Of a DNA stretch of 64,000 nucleotides, positions 9,868 to 19,267 are shown in pieces. The stretch lies in sequence record NC_061446.1. The stretch is one strand, 5' to 3'. Both the position numbers and the translations under genes were made by a program. The first letter of the stretch is position 1. Each line of letters starts with the position of its first letter. The notes under the pieces were generated by a model, which made no database searches, was not told where the DNA came from, and saw nothing but the letters and a program-made list of their open reading frames with translations.

Positions 9868-9892
9868 AATACCCTCCGTTGTTCATGTCAGG

Positions 9893-9901
9893 TATTTACA
9901 G
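9893..9901 (-). promoter_or_regulatory. Class 1 motif CTGTAAATA
   Basis: Exact copy ~25 nt upstream of the 9867 start. Confidence 0.6.
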
Positions 9902-10246
9902 ATTTGGGCTGCGCTGCCACACAACGAATTTGACGTTCAGAGCACGACCATCACTCAAGGCAGCTTCGCGTGGATCATGGCGATAAAAGTGTTTCTCCAG
10001 CTGCTCAGGTCTTTCGTGATAGACGACTGACGCATGAGCGGGATTGGGCACGGATTCATAGGTGTGACTCTCAATCACTACCAGATTGTCGATGCGAAGA
10101 ACACCAGGAACCTCGAACACAGTCGGCAGCTTGCTTGGTGTAGTTGCGGTACCAAGAACTGTCTCATGATACTCAACTAATGCTCTAACTAACGCACGGC
10201 CAGCAGCAGTAGTGAGCGTCAGATTATACTCGGTTCTAAATTCCAT
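9896..10246 (-). CDS. Hypothetical protein
   Basis: 116-aa ORF with AGGAG RBS. Confidence 0.7.
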   Translation of the reverse strand: MEFRTEYNLTLTTAAGRALVRALVEYHETVLGTATTPSKLPTVFEVPGVLRIDNLVVIESHTYESVPNPAHASVVYHERPEQLEKHFYRHDPREAALSDGRALNVKFVVWQRSPNL

Positions 10247-10261
10247 GGTGTTCTCCTATTA

Positions 10262-10633
10262 TTACATCAGTGGCATTTCTGGATCGACGTAGGTGTACAA
10301 GAACACCACGTTCCAACCGGAGGCAGCTTCCGGGTTATTGTGGAAGCGATATCCGTAGAACATCAGGATGCCCGTACTACCTTCTGCCAGTGTTGGGTCG
10401 TAGATAGTGAACGCTTCTTCCAACTTGAGCGCGTCAGCAATGCTGATAGCCCAGTTATCCAAATCGAACGGACCTTCTGGAACTTCCCACGAATACGAAT
10501 GCTTCTGCCAGTGTTCGGCTTGCATGTCAGTATCTTTGGAAATCCAGTCGAGATGTTTAAGTCCCATGTGCAGAGCGACAGCGCGAGGAATGCCGTGCTC
10601 GTTCATGTAACGCTGCAATTGATCAAGACGCAT
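10262..10633 (-). CDS. Hypothetical protein
   Basis: 123-aa ORF with AAGGA RBS, overlapping the upstream gene end. Confidence 0.7.
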   Translation of the reverse strand: MRLDQLQRYMNEHGIPRAVALHMGLKHLDWISKDTDMQAEHWQKHSYSWEVPEGPFDLDNWAISIADALKLEEAFTIYDPTLAEGSTGILMFYGYRFHNNPEAASGWNVVFLYTYVDPEMPLM

Positions 10634-10946
10634 TGCATAGTTCCTTAATGGTGCGTGGGAAGACTGTCACGTTAATGCGCGTGTGATCTTTGTGTTCAGG
10701 ATGCGGTAGACATTCATGAGACACAAGCCAGACGTTCGTGCATTCGAGTTTATCACGCATCACCATTAACAGGTTGGACATGACAGACACGCTATGCACG
10801 AAGTTAGAATAATCGAGAGTGAGGATCATTACTTCACTCGTCGGTTCTTCATCGCCTTGGTTCCACAGGCTAACGTTCATCGACAGGCGGGCTGCTTCAC
10901 TTCTCAACATATCCATATCGAGAGTGTGCGGTAAACGCTCTTTCAT
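10623..10946 (-). CDS. Hypothetical protein
   Basis: 107-aa ORF with AAGGAG RBS. Confidence 0.7.
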   Translation of the reverse strand: MKERLPHTLDMDMLRSEAARLSMNVSLWNQGDEEPTSEVMILTLDYSNFVHSVSVMSNLLMVMRDKLECTNVWLVSHECLPHPEHKDHTRINVTVFPRTIKELCNAS

Positions 10947-10984
10947 TTAAACTCCTTATAGCTTCAAAAGAGACAGTCTATAAA

Positions 10985-11470
10985 TTAGAGAGCGAGGCCT
11001 TTCAGAAGAAGACGCGCACAGGTCAGGAATTGACGTTGTTTGTTTTGAGGCAGCTTACGATAGAGCTGGAGGATATCCTCTAACGAGGCATCTTCATCGG
11101 TACTCACATGAACGCTTTCAATCGTGCCGAGTTCTCCTTTCATCCAGTTGGCTTTGGTGACAGTTAACAGGAAAGTACCTCGATACTCTTCCATGATACG
11201 ACCACCAGGCCCGCCAACAGGGTTACGAACTTTGGTATGCTCGATGTTTGCGATGCGCTGAATCGCTATACCGTCAGGGAACTGCGCAAACACCTCAGAC
11301 AGATCAATATCTGCCTTGTTGTCTGGTGCAGGAGATTTAGCAACGAATGTCACACGGAACGTTTCGCCGCCTTCAACGTCGTATTGACCATCATAGATGA
11401 TATTGTCGTTGGCCCGCAGCGTGTCAGTAATCAATTTGAAAATCGGATCTGAGAACATGCTATTCCTCAA
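10985..11470 (-). CDS. Hypothetical protein
   Basis: 161-aa ORF in the operon; the true start may be ATG 11458 (GAGGA upstream). Confidence 0.7.
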   Translation of the reverse strand: MRNSMFSDPIFKLITDTLRANDNIIYDGQYDVEGGETFRVTFVAKSPAPDNKADIDLSEVFAQFPDGIAIQRIANIEHTKVRNPVGGPGGRIMEEYRGTFLLTVTKANWMKGELGTIESVHVSTDEDASLEDILQLYRKLPQNKQRQFLTCARLLLKGLAL

Positions 11471-11975
11471 TATAGTTGACGAGCATACCGATATGATTTG
11501 TAATCATTGTCTTTTGCTCTGAGGTCAGCTCGCTATATGCAGGGATGTTAGGGAACTGACCCTTCATTGCGAGATAGATTGTTTGAATGTTCGGAACTTC
11601 CTGCTCGACTCGACCGCGATGAATAATACAACCGCGATAGATGAATGCAGACGCAGGCAATGAGGGGTTTAGTTGAACAGGATCGACACAATCATAGGCA
11701 ACCAACACAATCGTATTGCCGAACACCTCTTTCAGCATTGATAGAGGCTCGTCTGGGTTCTCACTTTCCAGATCGTATGTCTCATACGTCGCGTCAACGG
11801 TACTTGTCGCAGCACCGCCAATGTTGATGTTCAGGCGTAGGTCCATCTTCGTGTGAACATCACGCATATCGGGATGTGGTGTGAGAATAAAGCCCTTCTC
11901 CTCAAGGGCTTTACGCAGCATTTGGGAAAATTCGATACGGCCCCGTTTATGCTGCGGTGTGTTTTGTAACTGCAT
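11460..11975 (-). CDS. Hypothetical protein
   Basis: 171-aa ORF coupled to the helicase stop (TAATG). Confidence 0.7.
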   Translation of the reverse strand: MQLQNTPQHKRGRIEFSQMLRKALEEKGFILTPHPDMRDVHTKMDLRLNINIGGAATSTVDATYETYDLESENPDEPLSMLKEVFGNTIVLVAYDCVDPVQLNPSLPASAFIYRGCIIHRGRVEQEVPNIQTIYLAMKGQFPNIPAYSELTSEQKTMITNHIGMLVNYIEE

Positions 11976-13576
11976 TAGAATCGCCTCATGCCTAAGTTAG
12001 ATGGCTGGCCTTTCACACGCGCTTCTGGTTCGAAGTAGTCAGGCAGCTCGCTATCAAGCGCTTCACCTCTCGACACAACTCCCATCCAGTCACGCAGCTT
12101 CTTCGGTGTACGTTTAGCTTTCGCGTACCCAAACTTCCAGCACATCTTGAGAACGGAACGAGCACACTGCATCGAGCGGTCCATCTTCGGATCAATGAAC
12201 ATACGAATAACAGGTGTGCGTTTGTTTTCCATTGGCGTCAGAATACGACACGATTCCTGTTTCCAGTTCGGCTCGTTGTTCATCGGCATGATGTAGTACA
12301 GCGTGTCCCACTTAGGAACGTTCAGGCCTCGCTGCATCAGCTTACGCATACCGACAACGCAACGTATCTTACCTTCACGCGCTGCATCAATGATCGGCTT
12401 ACGCTTCTTCGCTTCTTTCGCACCGCCAAGGAACACAGCAGCAACTTCATCCATGTAATGCTCATTGATACGCTGCACCAGACGACGCGCTTGATCAGTG
12501 AACATGATTGGGATTGCGATACTTCGACCGGCATCTAGGTCTTTGATAATCCATTCAAAGATCTTATCGTTGCGGTCTGGATGGTTCGCAAGGAACTTAC
12601 AGAATCGCACCCAACCACTTTTGTTGTTGTAGTTCGCTTTCGACTGCACTCTATTTGAGGTCTTATGCAGAGTTACTTTCGGCACAAGCTCCTCAACAAA
12701 CGCCTCGGCAATCACAGGCCCGAAGATAGATTCAATCAGGTAGTGACGTCCGTCTTTACGTTTAGGAGTTGCAGTCAGGCCGAAGCGATACTTCATTTTC
12801 AGAGAGGCCAGTACGCGGCTGTAGCAGCTTGCGTTACCAGCGTGACATTCATCGACGAACAACGTACCGTAGTTCTCGTTCAGCAACTTGAGTCGCTTCT
12901 TCGAGTTCTTACTATCAGAGATCAAAGACTGATAGGTCACAAGGATGATCTGGAAGTTCTTATAGTCGTCCAGAGTCTTCGGGAATCCATACAGCTTCTT
13001 ACCGTGCTTCTCTTCCAGCTCAGGCAAGTTCGTCATCGCTTCGATAGTCTCTAAGAAACCATCGAGGAAGTCTTTCTGGTCAGCCATAATGACTGTACGG
13101 AAACCAGAGTGACATGCACCAGCAGTACCGATAACTGTCTTACCAGAACGAGGCGGTGCTTTAAACACACCACACAGTTCGCCGAACATCTTCTCGAAAG
13201 GCTCTTCCTGATATTCACGCAGCTTGCCTGTGAACTTCACTTTGTAGTCGTAAGGAACACGCGACGTACCATTAACGAACTTCACTTCTTTCAGGCTTAA
13301 CCCTGCTGTCTTTTCAAAACGGTGCATCTCACCATAAGGAATCGACACGTAACGCTTACCCTTAATGTCAGAGTATTTCGCCAGCACGGTTATATCAAGC
13401 AGACCGCCCTTTGAACACTGGCGGCATTCATCGGACGGTCGTATAGAACGAAACTCACAGTTCTTGCACACGGCATTTTCGAACTCGTAGTGAGTCATCT
13501 TCTTGATGATGTTGTCTGCGTCCACAACCTTAACTGGAATGTGCAGACGGCTATCGACCAATACTTTGGCAGTCAC
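11975..13576 (-). CDS. Superfamily 2 DNA helicase (UvsW-like) with N-terminal Cys cluster
   Basis: Walker A APPRSGKT, DECH box, GLTATP, GLNVP and QESCRILT motifs; CKNC...CRQC near the N-terminus. Confidence 0.88.
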   Translation of the reverse strand: MTAKVLVDSRLHIPVKVVDADNIIKKMTHYEFENAVCKNCEFRSIRPSDECRQCSKGGLLDITVLAKYSDIKGKRYVSIPYGEMHRFEKTAGLSLKEVKFVNGTSRVPYDYKVKFTGKLREYQEEPFEKMFGELCGVFKAPPRSGKTVIGTAGACHSGFRTVIMADQKDFLDGFLETIEAMTNLPELEEKHGKKLYGFPKTLDDYKNFQIILVTYQSLISDSKNSKKRLKLLNENYGTLFVDECHAGNASCYSRVLASLKMKYRFGLTATPKRKDGRHYLIESIFGPVIAEAFVEELVPKVTLHKTSNRVQSKANYNNKSGWVRFCKFLANHPDRNDKIFEWIIKDLDAGRSIAIPIMFTDQARRLVQRINEHYMDEVAAVFLGGAKEAKKRKPIIDAAREGKIRCVVGMRKLMQRGLNVPKWDTLYYIMPMNNEPNWKQESCRILTPMENKRTPVIRMFIDPKMDRSMQCARSVLKMCWKFGYAKAKRTPKKLRDWMGVVSRGEALDSELPDYFEPEARVKGQPSNLGMRRF

Positions 13577-13578
13577 AT

Positions 13579-14124
13579 CTATTTCCTTGAGTTCGGCAGA
13601 CCGTACTCACGCTGATTGATGATGTTCATCGTATCGACAAGTGCTCTGTATGCGAAGCCGCACTTATCAATGTCCTTGATATACAGGTCAAGCTCTTCCT
13701 TAAGCAACTCAAGTTGATCAGCGTAGCGGTAGTATTCGGCCATAATGTTTCTGACACAACGCTCGCGTTCTTTCGCAGCGCCGACGGCTTTCAGATCTTT
13801 TGCATACGTGACCGAGGCGTAATCCTGAAACCGTTCCAACATATCATTTAACAGTTTTGAGGCTGTATGAATATGCGTCATAATCTCAGTCATACGGCTT
13901 CGGTACGATTGATCTTGAATTATCGACTCGGCTACTTTGTTCAGTGCCTGCGGGTCAGAGATATTCAGTGTTCTGACCTTACGCATCTTGAACAGTCTAC
14001 GCGCTTCTTCTTGCAGCTCGGCCAAAGGTTGCTGAAAAATATCGTTGGTCTTATAAATATCTCTCAGCTTCTTATAGCGCTTGTCGTTCTTGACCTTTAT
14101 TCGAATGCGCTTTAGGTCGTCCAT
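13579..14124 (-). CDS. Putative UvsY-like recombination mediator
   Basis: Helical coiled-coil protein next to the UvsW-like helicase. C-terminal IDKCGFAYRALVD resembles the T4 UvsY C-terminus as I recall it (IKSRGFAIKHIQD). Confidence 0.5.
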   Translation of the reverse strand: MDDLKRIRIKVKNDKRYKKLRDIYKTNDIFQQPLAELQEEARRLFKMRKVRTLNISDPQALNKVAESIIQDQSYRSRMTEIMTHIHTASKLLNDMLERFQDYASVTYAKDLKAVGAAKERERCVRNIMAEYYRYADQLELLKEELDLYIKDIDKCGFAYRALVDTMNIINQREYGLPNSRK

Positions 14125-14570
14125 TAATCACCTTTGTCAGTTACGAGAATAGGACTCTCAGGAGTCTTGTGCGGCATAGCAAAGAAACTGCCATGCTCGT
14201 CTCGATAAATTAGCAGACCCCCAGAAGGACCTTCGATAGGACAGGTGAAGTTGTATAGTTTTTCGAGCGGAGGCATGTAGCCTACAGTCACTGCGTTAAA
14301 CGTACACCACTTCGCGGAGACTTCAAGCAGTGAGCCAACAACAGTGTCGGCTAGGCGCAGATACGATTGCTTGAAGTGGTAGCTATGTTCTATAGGCGCA
14401 ACGCTATCAATATCCAGCGAGTCACCGTACACAGCTTTATAGATCAGACAGAAACGACGACGCCCACGCGGGGCATTAGGTATTTCATACAGAACATCAT
14501 GTATGAGCGAACAAACGTCCCCAATGAGGACGTTTTTCTTAATAGCCAGTTTGGCCAGACGTGCCGTCAT
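14124..14570 (-). CDS. Hypothetical protein
   Basis: 148-aa ORF translationally coupled on both sides. Confidence 0.7.
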   Translation of the reverse strand: MTARLAKLAIKKNVLIGDVCSLIHDVLYEIPNAPRGRRRFCLIYKAVYGDSLDIDSVAPIEHSYHFKQSYLRLADTVVGSLLEVSAKWCTFNAVTVGYMPPLEKLYNFTCPIEGPSGGLLIYRDEHGSFFAMPHKTPESPILVTDKGD

Positions 14571-15745
14571 GCTGGCAGGTACCCAAAGTACAACAACGTG
14601 TGCGTGTCGAACTTATAGTTCAGACTGAATGCGTTCAGGCTATTGATGTTCGCACCGTGGAAGCCCATGTTGTGTCGTTCTTCACGCCCGATGTTACGCA
14701 GCAACTCACGGATGATACGCATGTCGAGCGAGGTACTAAACTCTTTCTCAACAGGCTTCGCCAGCTTCAAGCTGTCCTGTACGCTGCCGCTATCGTTACC
14801 AAACTTGAGTTTGAACTCCTGCTTCTTAACGAGGAGTTTCGCGTTCGTATTACCCTTCTTCTCAATCAGCGTTGAGATGTTAGCGAACGGAGCAGACAGG
14901 TCACCTTTAATCACACAACCAATCAGCGGCTTACCGAGTTGCGCAATCATGTTGTCCATGTAACGATAGTCTTCATCGCTTGCCTGAATCGGCGGCAGTG
15001 TCAGAACAAACGACTCCGCTTCGGCTGCGAATGAACTGCTGTCTACGTGGAACGTTACCTTCTCTTCACCGCAGAAGCGATAAATCAGATCGAACATTTC
15101 GCCAGTCAGACTGAAACGGAACGGCTTCACTTTCTTTTTCAGTGCAGCGCGATAGCGAGATGAAGTCCAGTGACCAGGACTGACGAGGCTCAGGCTCTCA
15201 CCGTCACAGATAACACGACACATCACGGTCTGGCCCGTGATTGTATCTTTCAACCGAGTCAGCTTAACGCCCTGAGTCATCGCGTCGATAACTTCACGCG
15301 TCATCTCATGGCCACCTTCGATATGGTGATGCAGACCCTGTTCGACCATTGGAATCTGCTCGGCCGATACCGGACGCAGTTTCACTTCTGCTTTGTACTT
15401 GCCTTTCTGTTCGCTGATGTTCAACGTCTTACCGTCGAACTCAACATTTAGCTCTTTACGCTTGCTGATCAGACCGGTCAACTGAATCGGGTCGATGTTC
15501 ATTACCGTGTCAGCGTCGGCGGTCGCGCCAGGAACGAGATAAGCAACGAAGGTATCAGGAGTACGGCCCAGAACGAACACGTCGGACTTATACGTCACCA
15601 GCAGGTGGATGTGAGTCAGCTTGTCGTCCGACTCAGAGAAACGCGTTACGCTATCAACACGTTTAAGAATATCTGACAGGAACGTACCGTTCAGCGTTAG
15701 GCTGCATTTCTTAGCGGGGTTCTTCGGCAATCGACAAGTCTTCAT
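14567..15745 (-). CDS. Putative sliding clamp (DNA polymerase III beta-like)
   Basis: 392 aa (three-domain beta-clamp size), alternating helix/strand pattern, N-terminus LSDILKRVDSV...IHLL, located two genes from the polymerase. Confidence 0.55.
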   Translation of the reverse strand: MKTCRLPKNPAKKCSLTLNGTFLSDILKRVDSVTRFSESDDKLTHIHLLVTYKSDVFVLGRTPDTFVAYLVPGATADADTVMNIDPIQLTGLISKRKELNVEFDGKTLNISEQKGKYKAEVKLRPVSAEQIPMVEQGLHHHIEGGHEMTREVIDAMTQGVKLTRLKDTITGQTVMCRVICDGESLSLVSPGHWTSSRYRAALKKKVKPFRFSLTGEMFDLIYRFCGEEKVTFHVDSSSFAAEAESFVLTLPPIQASDEDYRYMDNMIAQLGKPLIGCVIKGDLSAPFANISTLIEKKGNTNAKLLVKKQEFKLKFGNDSGSVQDSLKLAKPVEKEFSTSLDMRIIRELLRNIGREERHNMGFHGANINSLNAFSLNYKFDTHTLLYFGYLPA

Positions 15746-16004
15746 CTCTATCCTCTAAAACAAATTGTAGTGTGCCCTGTATATTTACAGCATTGAGGCG
15801 CTTGCCGGATGCTGCAATCAGTCCATTCAGAACGCCAACGAAGTCAGCGCTGTAACAGTCAGGTGCTATCTGGTGGACATAAATATCATCAGGCACGTCA
15901 CCTGGGTTAAGCTGCCAAGCAGTACGCAAGGCAGCACCCATGAATGCCGGACGTTCTACCAGATGCTTGTTCAGGAACGAACATATATCTTCGGCCGTCA
16001 TCAT
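15711..16004 (-). CDS. Hypothetical protein
   Basis: 97-aa ORF overlapping the polymerase stop by 4 nt. Confidence 0.6.
   Translation of the reverse strand: MMTAEDICSFLNKHLVERPAFMGAALRTAWQLNPGDVPDDIYVHQIAPDCYSADFVGVLNGLIAASGKRLNAVNIQGTLQFVLEDRDEDLSIAEEPR
15782..15790 (-). promoter_or_regulatory. Class 1 motif CTGTAAATA
   Basis: Exact copy upstream of the clamp gene. Confidence 0.65.
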
Positions 16005-19000
16005 TTCTTCGCAATCCCCTTAAGAGCAGATTTGAGCATGGACTTACTGAGTTTGATTTTCTTCTTAGGCGCAGCGCCCTCTGTAGAGGCAGCGGCTTTC
16101 TTCGCAGCTTCTTCCGCTTTGTACTTCTCGAACGTTTTAATGTTCTTCGGAAGTTCTGCCAGCCACTCCTTGATGTTCTTCTTGTCCTTGTTGGTGAGAG
16201 GATTAACTTTGTCCATGCTACGAATTTTAATATCGTTAGCCCAAAGCTGTTTCTTCATCCAATCGGACATGAGATGATACTGGTCTTCCATAATGCTGTC
16301 CAGTGTCTTCTCAACATCGAGGTCTTTCTCACCCAGCTCGTCACGCTTAATCTCAAGGCCGTCTTTAATGAGCTTCCTGAGTTGAACGTAAGAGAAGTTC
16401 CAACCCTGCACGTCTTTCTCTGACGCACCGATTTCAAAGTCAATCTCAGGTACGGACGTGAACTCAAACCCTTCGTGACGCTTCTGCACAACTTCGACCA
16501 CTGCGCTGGTCATCGCACGTTCGATCATATCGAGCGCAAGGAAGATCCATTTGTAATCGCAGTCAACGGTCAAGGAGTCGTGTACCGATACGTTCATGTC
16601 AAAGTCTGGGTACTCGCCATTCGCTTTCCAATACTCATATTTCATACGATCCAGAATACGAATCGCGGACATCATCAAGTCAGAACCGAAGCCCTGTACC
16701 GGACTGTTTACCGCACGACGGTCACACGCTGCATGAACCATGTTCGCTTCACGATGCGACTCTGGAAGCATCAGGCCCCAGAGGTGACGACGACGACCAA
16801 CTGGTGATTCAACAAAGAAGTTCTCATGTGCAAACTTCTGAATCTTATCGAACCACTTCAAGCCCACAGGGAATCGTTTAAGGAACTTGCTTTTGATTTC
16901 TTCAATCTCACCGACTTCACGTCCAGTTGATTTCGCAAGACCTTTGTTACCCTGCTGATAGATCAGGCCGAAGATTACTGTCTTAACCGCGTTACGTACG
17001 GACTTGGTTACGTCCATTACGTTTGGAATACCGAAGAAGTAAGCGGCGTTGATTTTGTGAACGTCACCCTCAGCTTCGACGCGGTGCTCAATCCACGGAT
17101 CAGGCACAGTACGGAAACGATGACGCAGCTTACGGCCTTGCTCGAATACGTCTGCAACGCCCTGGTCACCTGAGATGATTGACCAACCACGAACTTCGTG
17201 CGCTGAGTAGTCGACCTTGATAAGCAGGCGATTCTTACGCGCAATCAGAATACGTTTGATCAACTTACCCATCTCACTACGAGACGGTACCTGTTGCAAG
17301 TTCGGGTCAGATGCTGAGGTACGACCCGTTACAACTCCAAGATAACCATACGTCGGTCGAATTGAACGGTCATGTTTGAAGTCTTCTGATTCACCCCAGA
17401 GCTTGAGCAGGCTGTTAACGTAGGCGTTCTTGAGCTTGTACGCTTTGCCGAGTTTGGTATACAACGCAACCAAAGGCACATCCTTATACGCCTCCTGGAA
17501 GTCCTTGTCGAGCTTGCCCGCCTTCTTGCCGTTCTCACGTAACTGTTCCCCTTCTTTCAGAGGCTTGAGCTTCATCACATCGAAGAACAGAATCTGTTTG
17601 TGTTCCGACTTCGACATATCGAACTTGGTCACTTCGACTTTGCCCATAAGACCCATCTTAGGAACATTGTCGTCTTTGCAAATAACCTTGTTCGCAGCCT
17701 TAACCTCAGGGCTGTTCATGAACTCACGCTCTACGTTTCGAATTTCTTCGTTGATAGGGCTGTTCGGCAGGTTGAGCTTAAACAGGTAATCAATGTCTGC
17801 GCCTGCGCCTGTCGTTTCAAGAATCGAGAACGCATGAATCTGGTCGGAGATTTGCTCACTAACCATCGACTCATACTTCTTGTATTTAATATCGTTGGCT
17901 CGCTTTTGCTGTTGCTCTGCGATACGGAACGGAACGATAACGTCGAGGCCGGCATACTCCTGCACCGATTCGTCGAGGTCAACGTCTGCGATTGTCGCTC
18001 GCATCTCTTTACCGAACGACACTTCGTGGTACACCTGACAACCAAACTGCATCGTCAGGTTAGCCAAGTTATAATAACCGCTACCGGTAACGTTCAACAA
18101 CGACTTGGCGTTTTCATCGAACGCAAACTCACCCGCTTGAATATCCCAAACGTTTGCTGCATAACTACGGATGCCGAAGTTAGAGCGCATTACGTTCAGG
18201 TCGAACTTCGCGTTGGTATAGATCTGATATTTGTTCTCGTTGTCCTCGAAGTAATCTTTGAACAACTCACTTACCTTGCGTAGTTCTTTCGGACTGAATG
18301 GACTATCGCGGTGATAGATAGGGACAACATACGCTTTCTGACCGTCGGAAGATAACTGCACCGTCAAGATTTTATTCTTGATACGATTCAGGTTCTCTGT
18401 TTCGGTATCGACTGCAACCTTCTTGGCGCGCTTCATACGCTTCAAGATTTTCTCAAGTTGCTTGACCTTCGTTACATACACGAGGTCCCAGTTACGCTTC
18501 TTACCACACGTAACTTCATCGATCTTATAGCGCATACCCTTGTTAAGCCACGGCAACATCCAGCGAGCCATGTAACCTAACGTGTACGATGAACCTTTGA
18601 TGTGCATCGGGTTCAACACGGTGTGATAGCTGACGTTCGGCACATGGATAAAGCTGTGCTTCTTACCGTCATGCTTGAGCTTCGTTGGAATCTCAACACC
18701 GTACCAGTGCTCGTAATGATCTTTCGAGAACTGTATCTTCTCGCTGTTCAGTGCTTTGAACGGCGCTTTACCGAAGGTCAGAACATAGTCTGGCTTGTAC
18801 TCAACAATCAAATCACGAATACGATCCGCAAACGCTTGGTCTGCGTCTTCTTTGAACTGCTCGCCCTTGTCATACGTCTTGAACATGTTGTACGAGACAA
18901 CAAGGAAGTTCCAGTCGTCAAGAGTTGTCTTGGTCGGAAACGTATCTTCGAGATACTGCATCTGATTCAGGAACAACTCACCTTCCGTGCTACTGAATAT

Positions 19001-19171
19001 CTTGCCGCTACGCAAGTCTTCGGTAGGCATGTGATCGAGGACGAGAAGTGCTTTACCACCTTTGGCACTTTTACTTATGCCTTTTAGTATTCGAACACCG
19101 TCATACGTCTGCTGGTCAGCAAACTGTTCAGGTGGATCGAAGTCAAGAGCTACGTGCTTGATTTTCACCAT
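16001..19171 (-). CDS. polA: Family A DNA polymerase: UDG-like N-terminal domain, 3'-5' exonuclease, polymerase
   Basis: Exo I VAVDTETE, Exo II NAKFD, TGRTSASDPNLQQVP, motif A DYSAHE, motif B KTVIFGLIY, motif C VHDS. Confidence 0.95.
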   Translation of the reverse strand: MVKIKHVALDFDPPEQFADQQTYDGVRILKGISKSAKGGKALLVLDHMPTEDLRSGKIFSSTEGELFLNQMQYLEDTFPTKTTLDDWNFLVVSYNMFKTYDKGEQFKEDADQAFADRIRDLIVEYKPDYVLTFGKAPFKALNSEKIQFSKDHYEHWYGVEIPTKLKHDGKKHSFIHVPNVSYHTVLNPMHIKGSSYTLGYMARWMLPWLNKGMRYKIDEVTCGKKRNWDLVYVTKVKQLEKILKRMKRAKKVAVDTETENLNRIKNKILTVQLSSDGQKAYVVPIYHRDSPFSPKELRKVSELFKDYFEDNENKYQIYTNAKFDLNVMRSNFGIRSYAANVWDIQAGEFAFDENAKSLLNVTGSGYYNLANLTMQFGCQVYHEVSFGKEMRATIADVDLDESVQEYAGLDVIVPFRIAEQQQKRANDIKYKKYESMVSEQISDQIHAFSILETTGAGADIDYLFKLNLPNSPINEEIRNVEREFMNSPEVKAANKVICKDDNVPKMGLMGKVEVTKFDMSKSEHKQILFFDVMKLKPLKEGEQLRENGKKAGKLDKDFQEAYKDVPLVALYTKLGKAYKLKNAYVNSLLKLWGESEDFKHDRSIRPTYGYLGVVTGRTSASDPNLQQVPSRSEMGKLIKRILIARKNRLLIKVDYSAHEVRGWSIISGDQGVADVFEQGRKLRHRFRTVPDPWIEHRVEAEGDVHKINAAYFFGIPNVMDVTKSVRNAVKTVIFGLIYQQGNKGLAKSTGREVGEIEEIKSKFLKRFPVGLKWFDKIQKFAHENFFVESPVGRRRHLWGLMLPESHREANMVHAACDRRAVNSPVQGFGSDLMMSAIRILDRMKYEYWKANGEYPDFDMNVSVHDSLTVDCDYKWIFLALDMIERAMTSAVVEVVQKRHEGFEFTSVPEIDFEIGASEKDVQGWNFSYVQLRKLIKDGLEIKRDELGEKDLDVEKTLDSIMEDQYHLMSDWMKKQLWANDIKIRSMDKVNPLTNKDKKNIKEWLAELPKNIKTFEKYKAEEAAKKAAASTEGAAPKKKIKLSKSMLKSALKGIAKK

Positions 19172-19210
19172 CTAGTCCTATCAGAGTGTGTAACACAAAT
19201 CGATGGCTGT

Positions 19211-19219
19211 TATTTACAG
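19211..19219 (-). promoter_or_regulatory. Class 1 motif CTGTAAATA
   Basis: Exact copy between a terminator and polA. Confidence 0.7.
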
Positions 19220-19231
19220 ATTCCAGAAACG

Positions 19232-19258
19232 AAAAAGGGCACCCGAAGGCACCCTTTT
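19232..19258 (-). terminator. Intrinsic terminator
   Basis: GGGTGCC-TTCG-GGTGCCC plus TTTTT. Confidence 0.8.
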
Positions 19259-19267
19259 GATTAAATA

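Noticed and set aside
16001-19171. Intein or intron in PolA, or in the helicases
   Set aside because: Motifs A, B and C have normal spacing, and no C...HN intein ends or frame breaks were seen; extra length is explained by the UDG-like domain.
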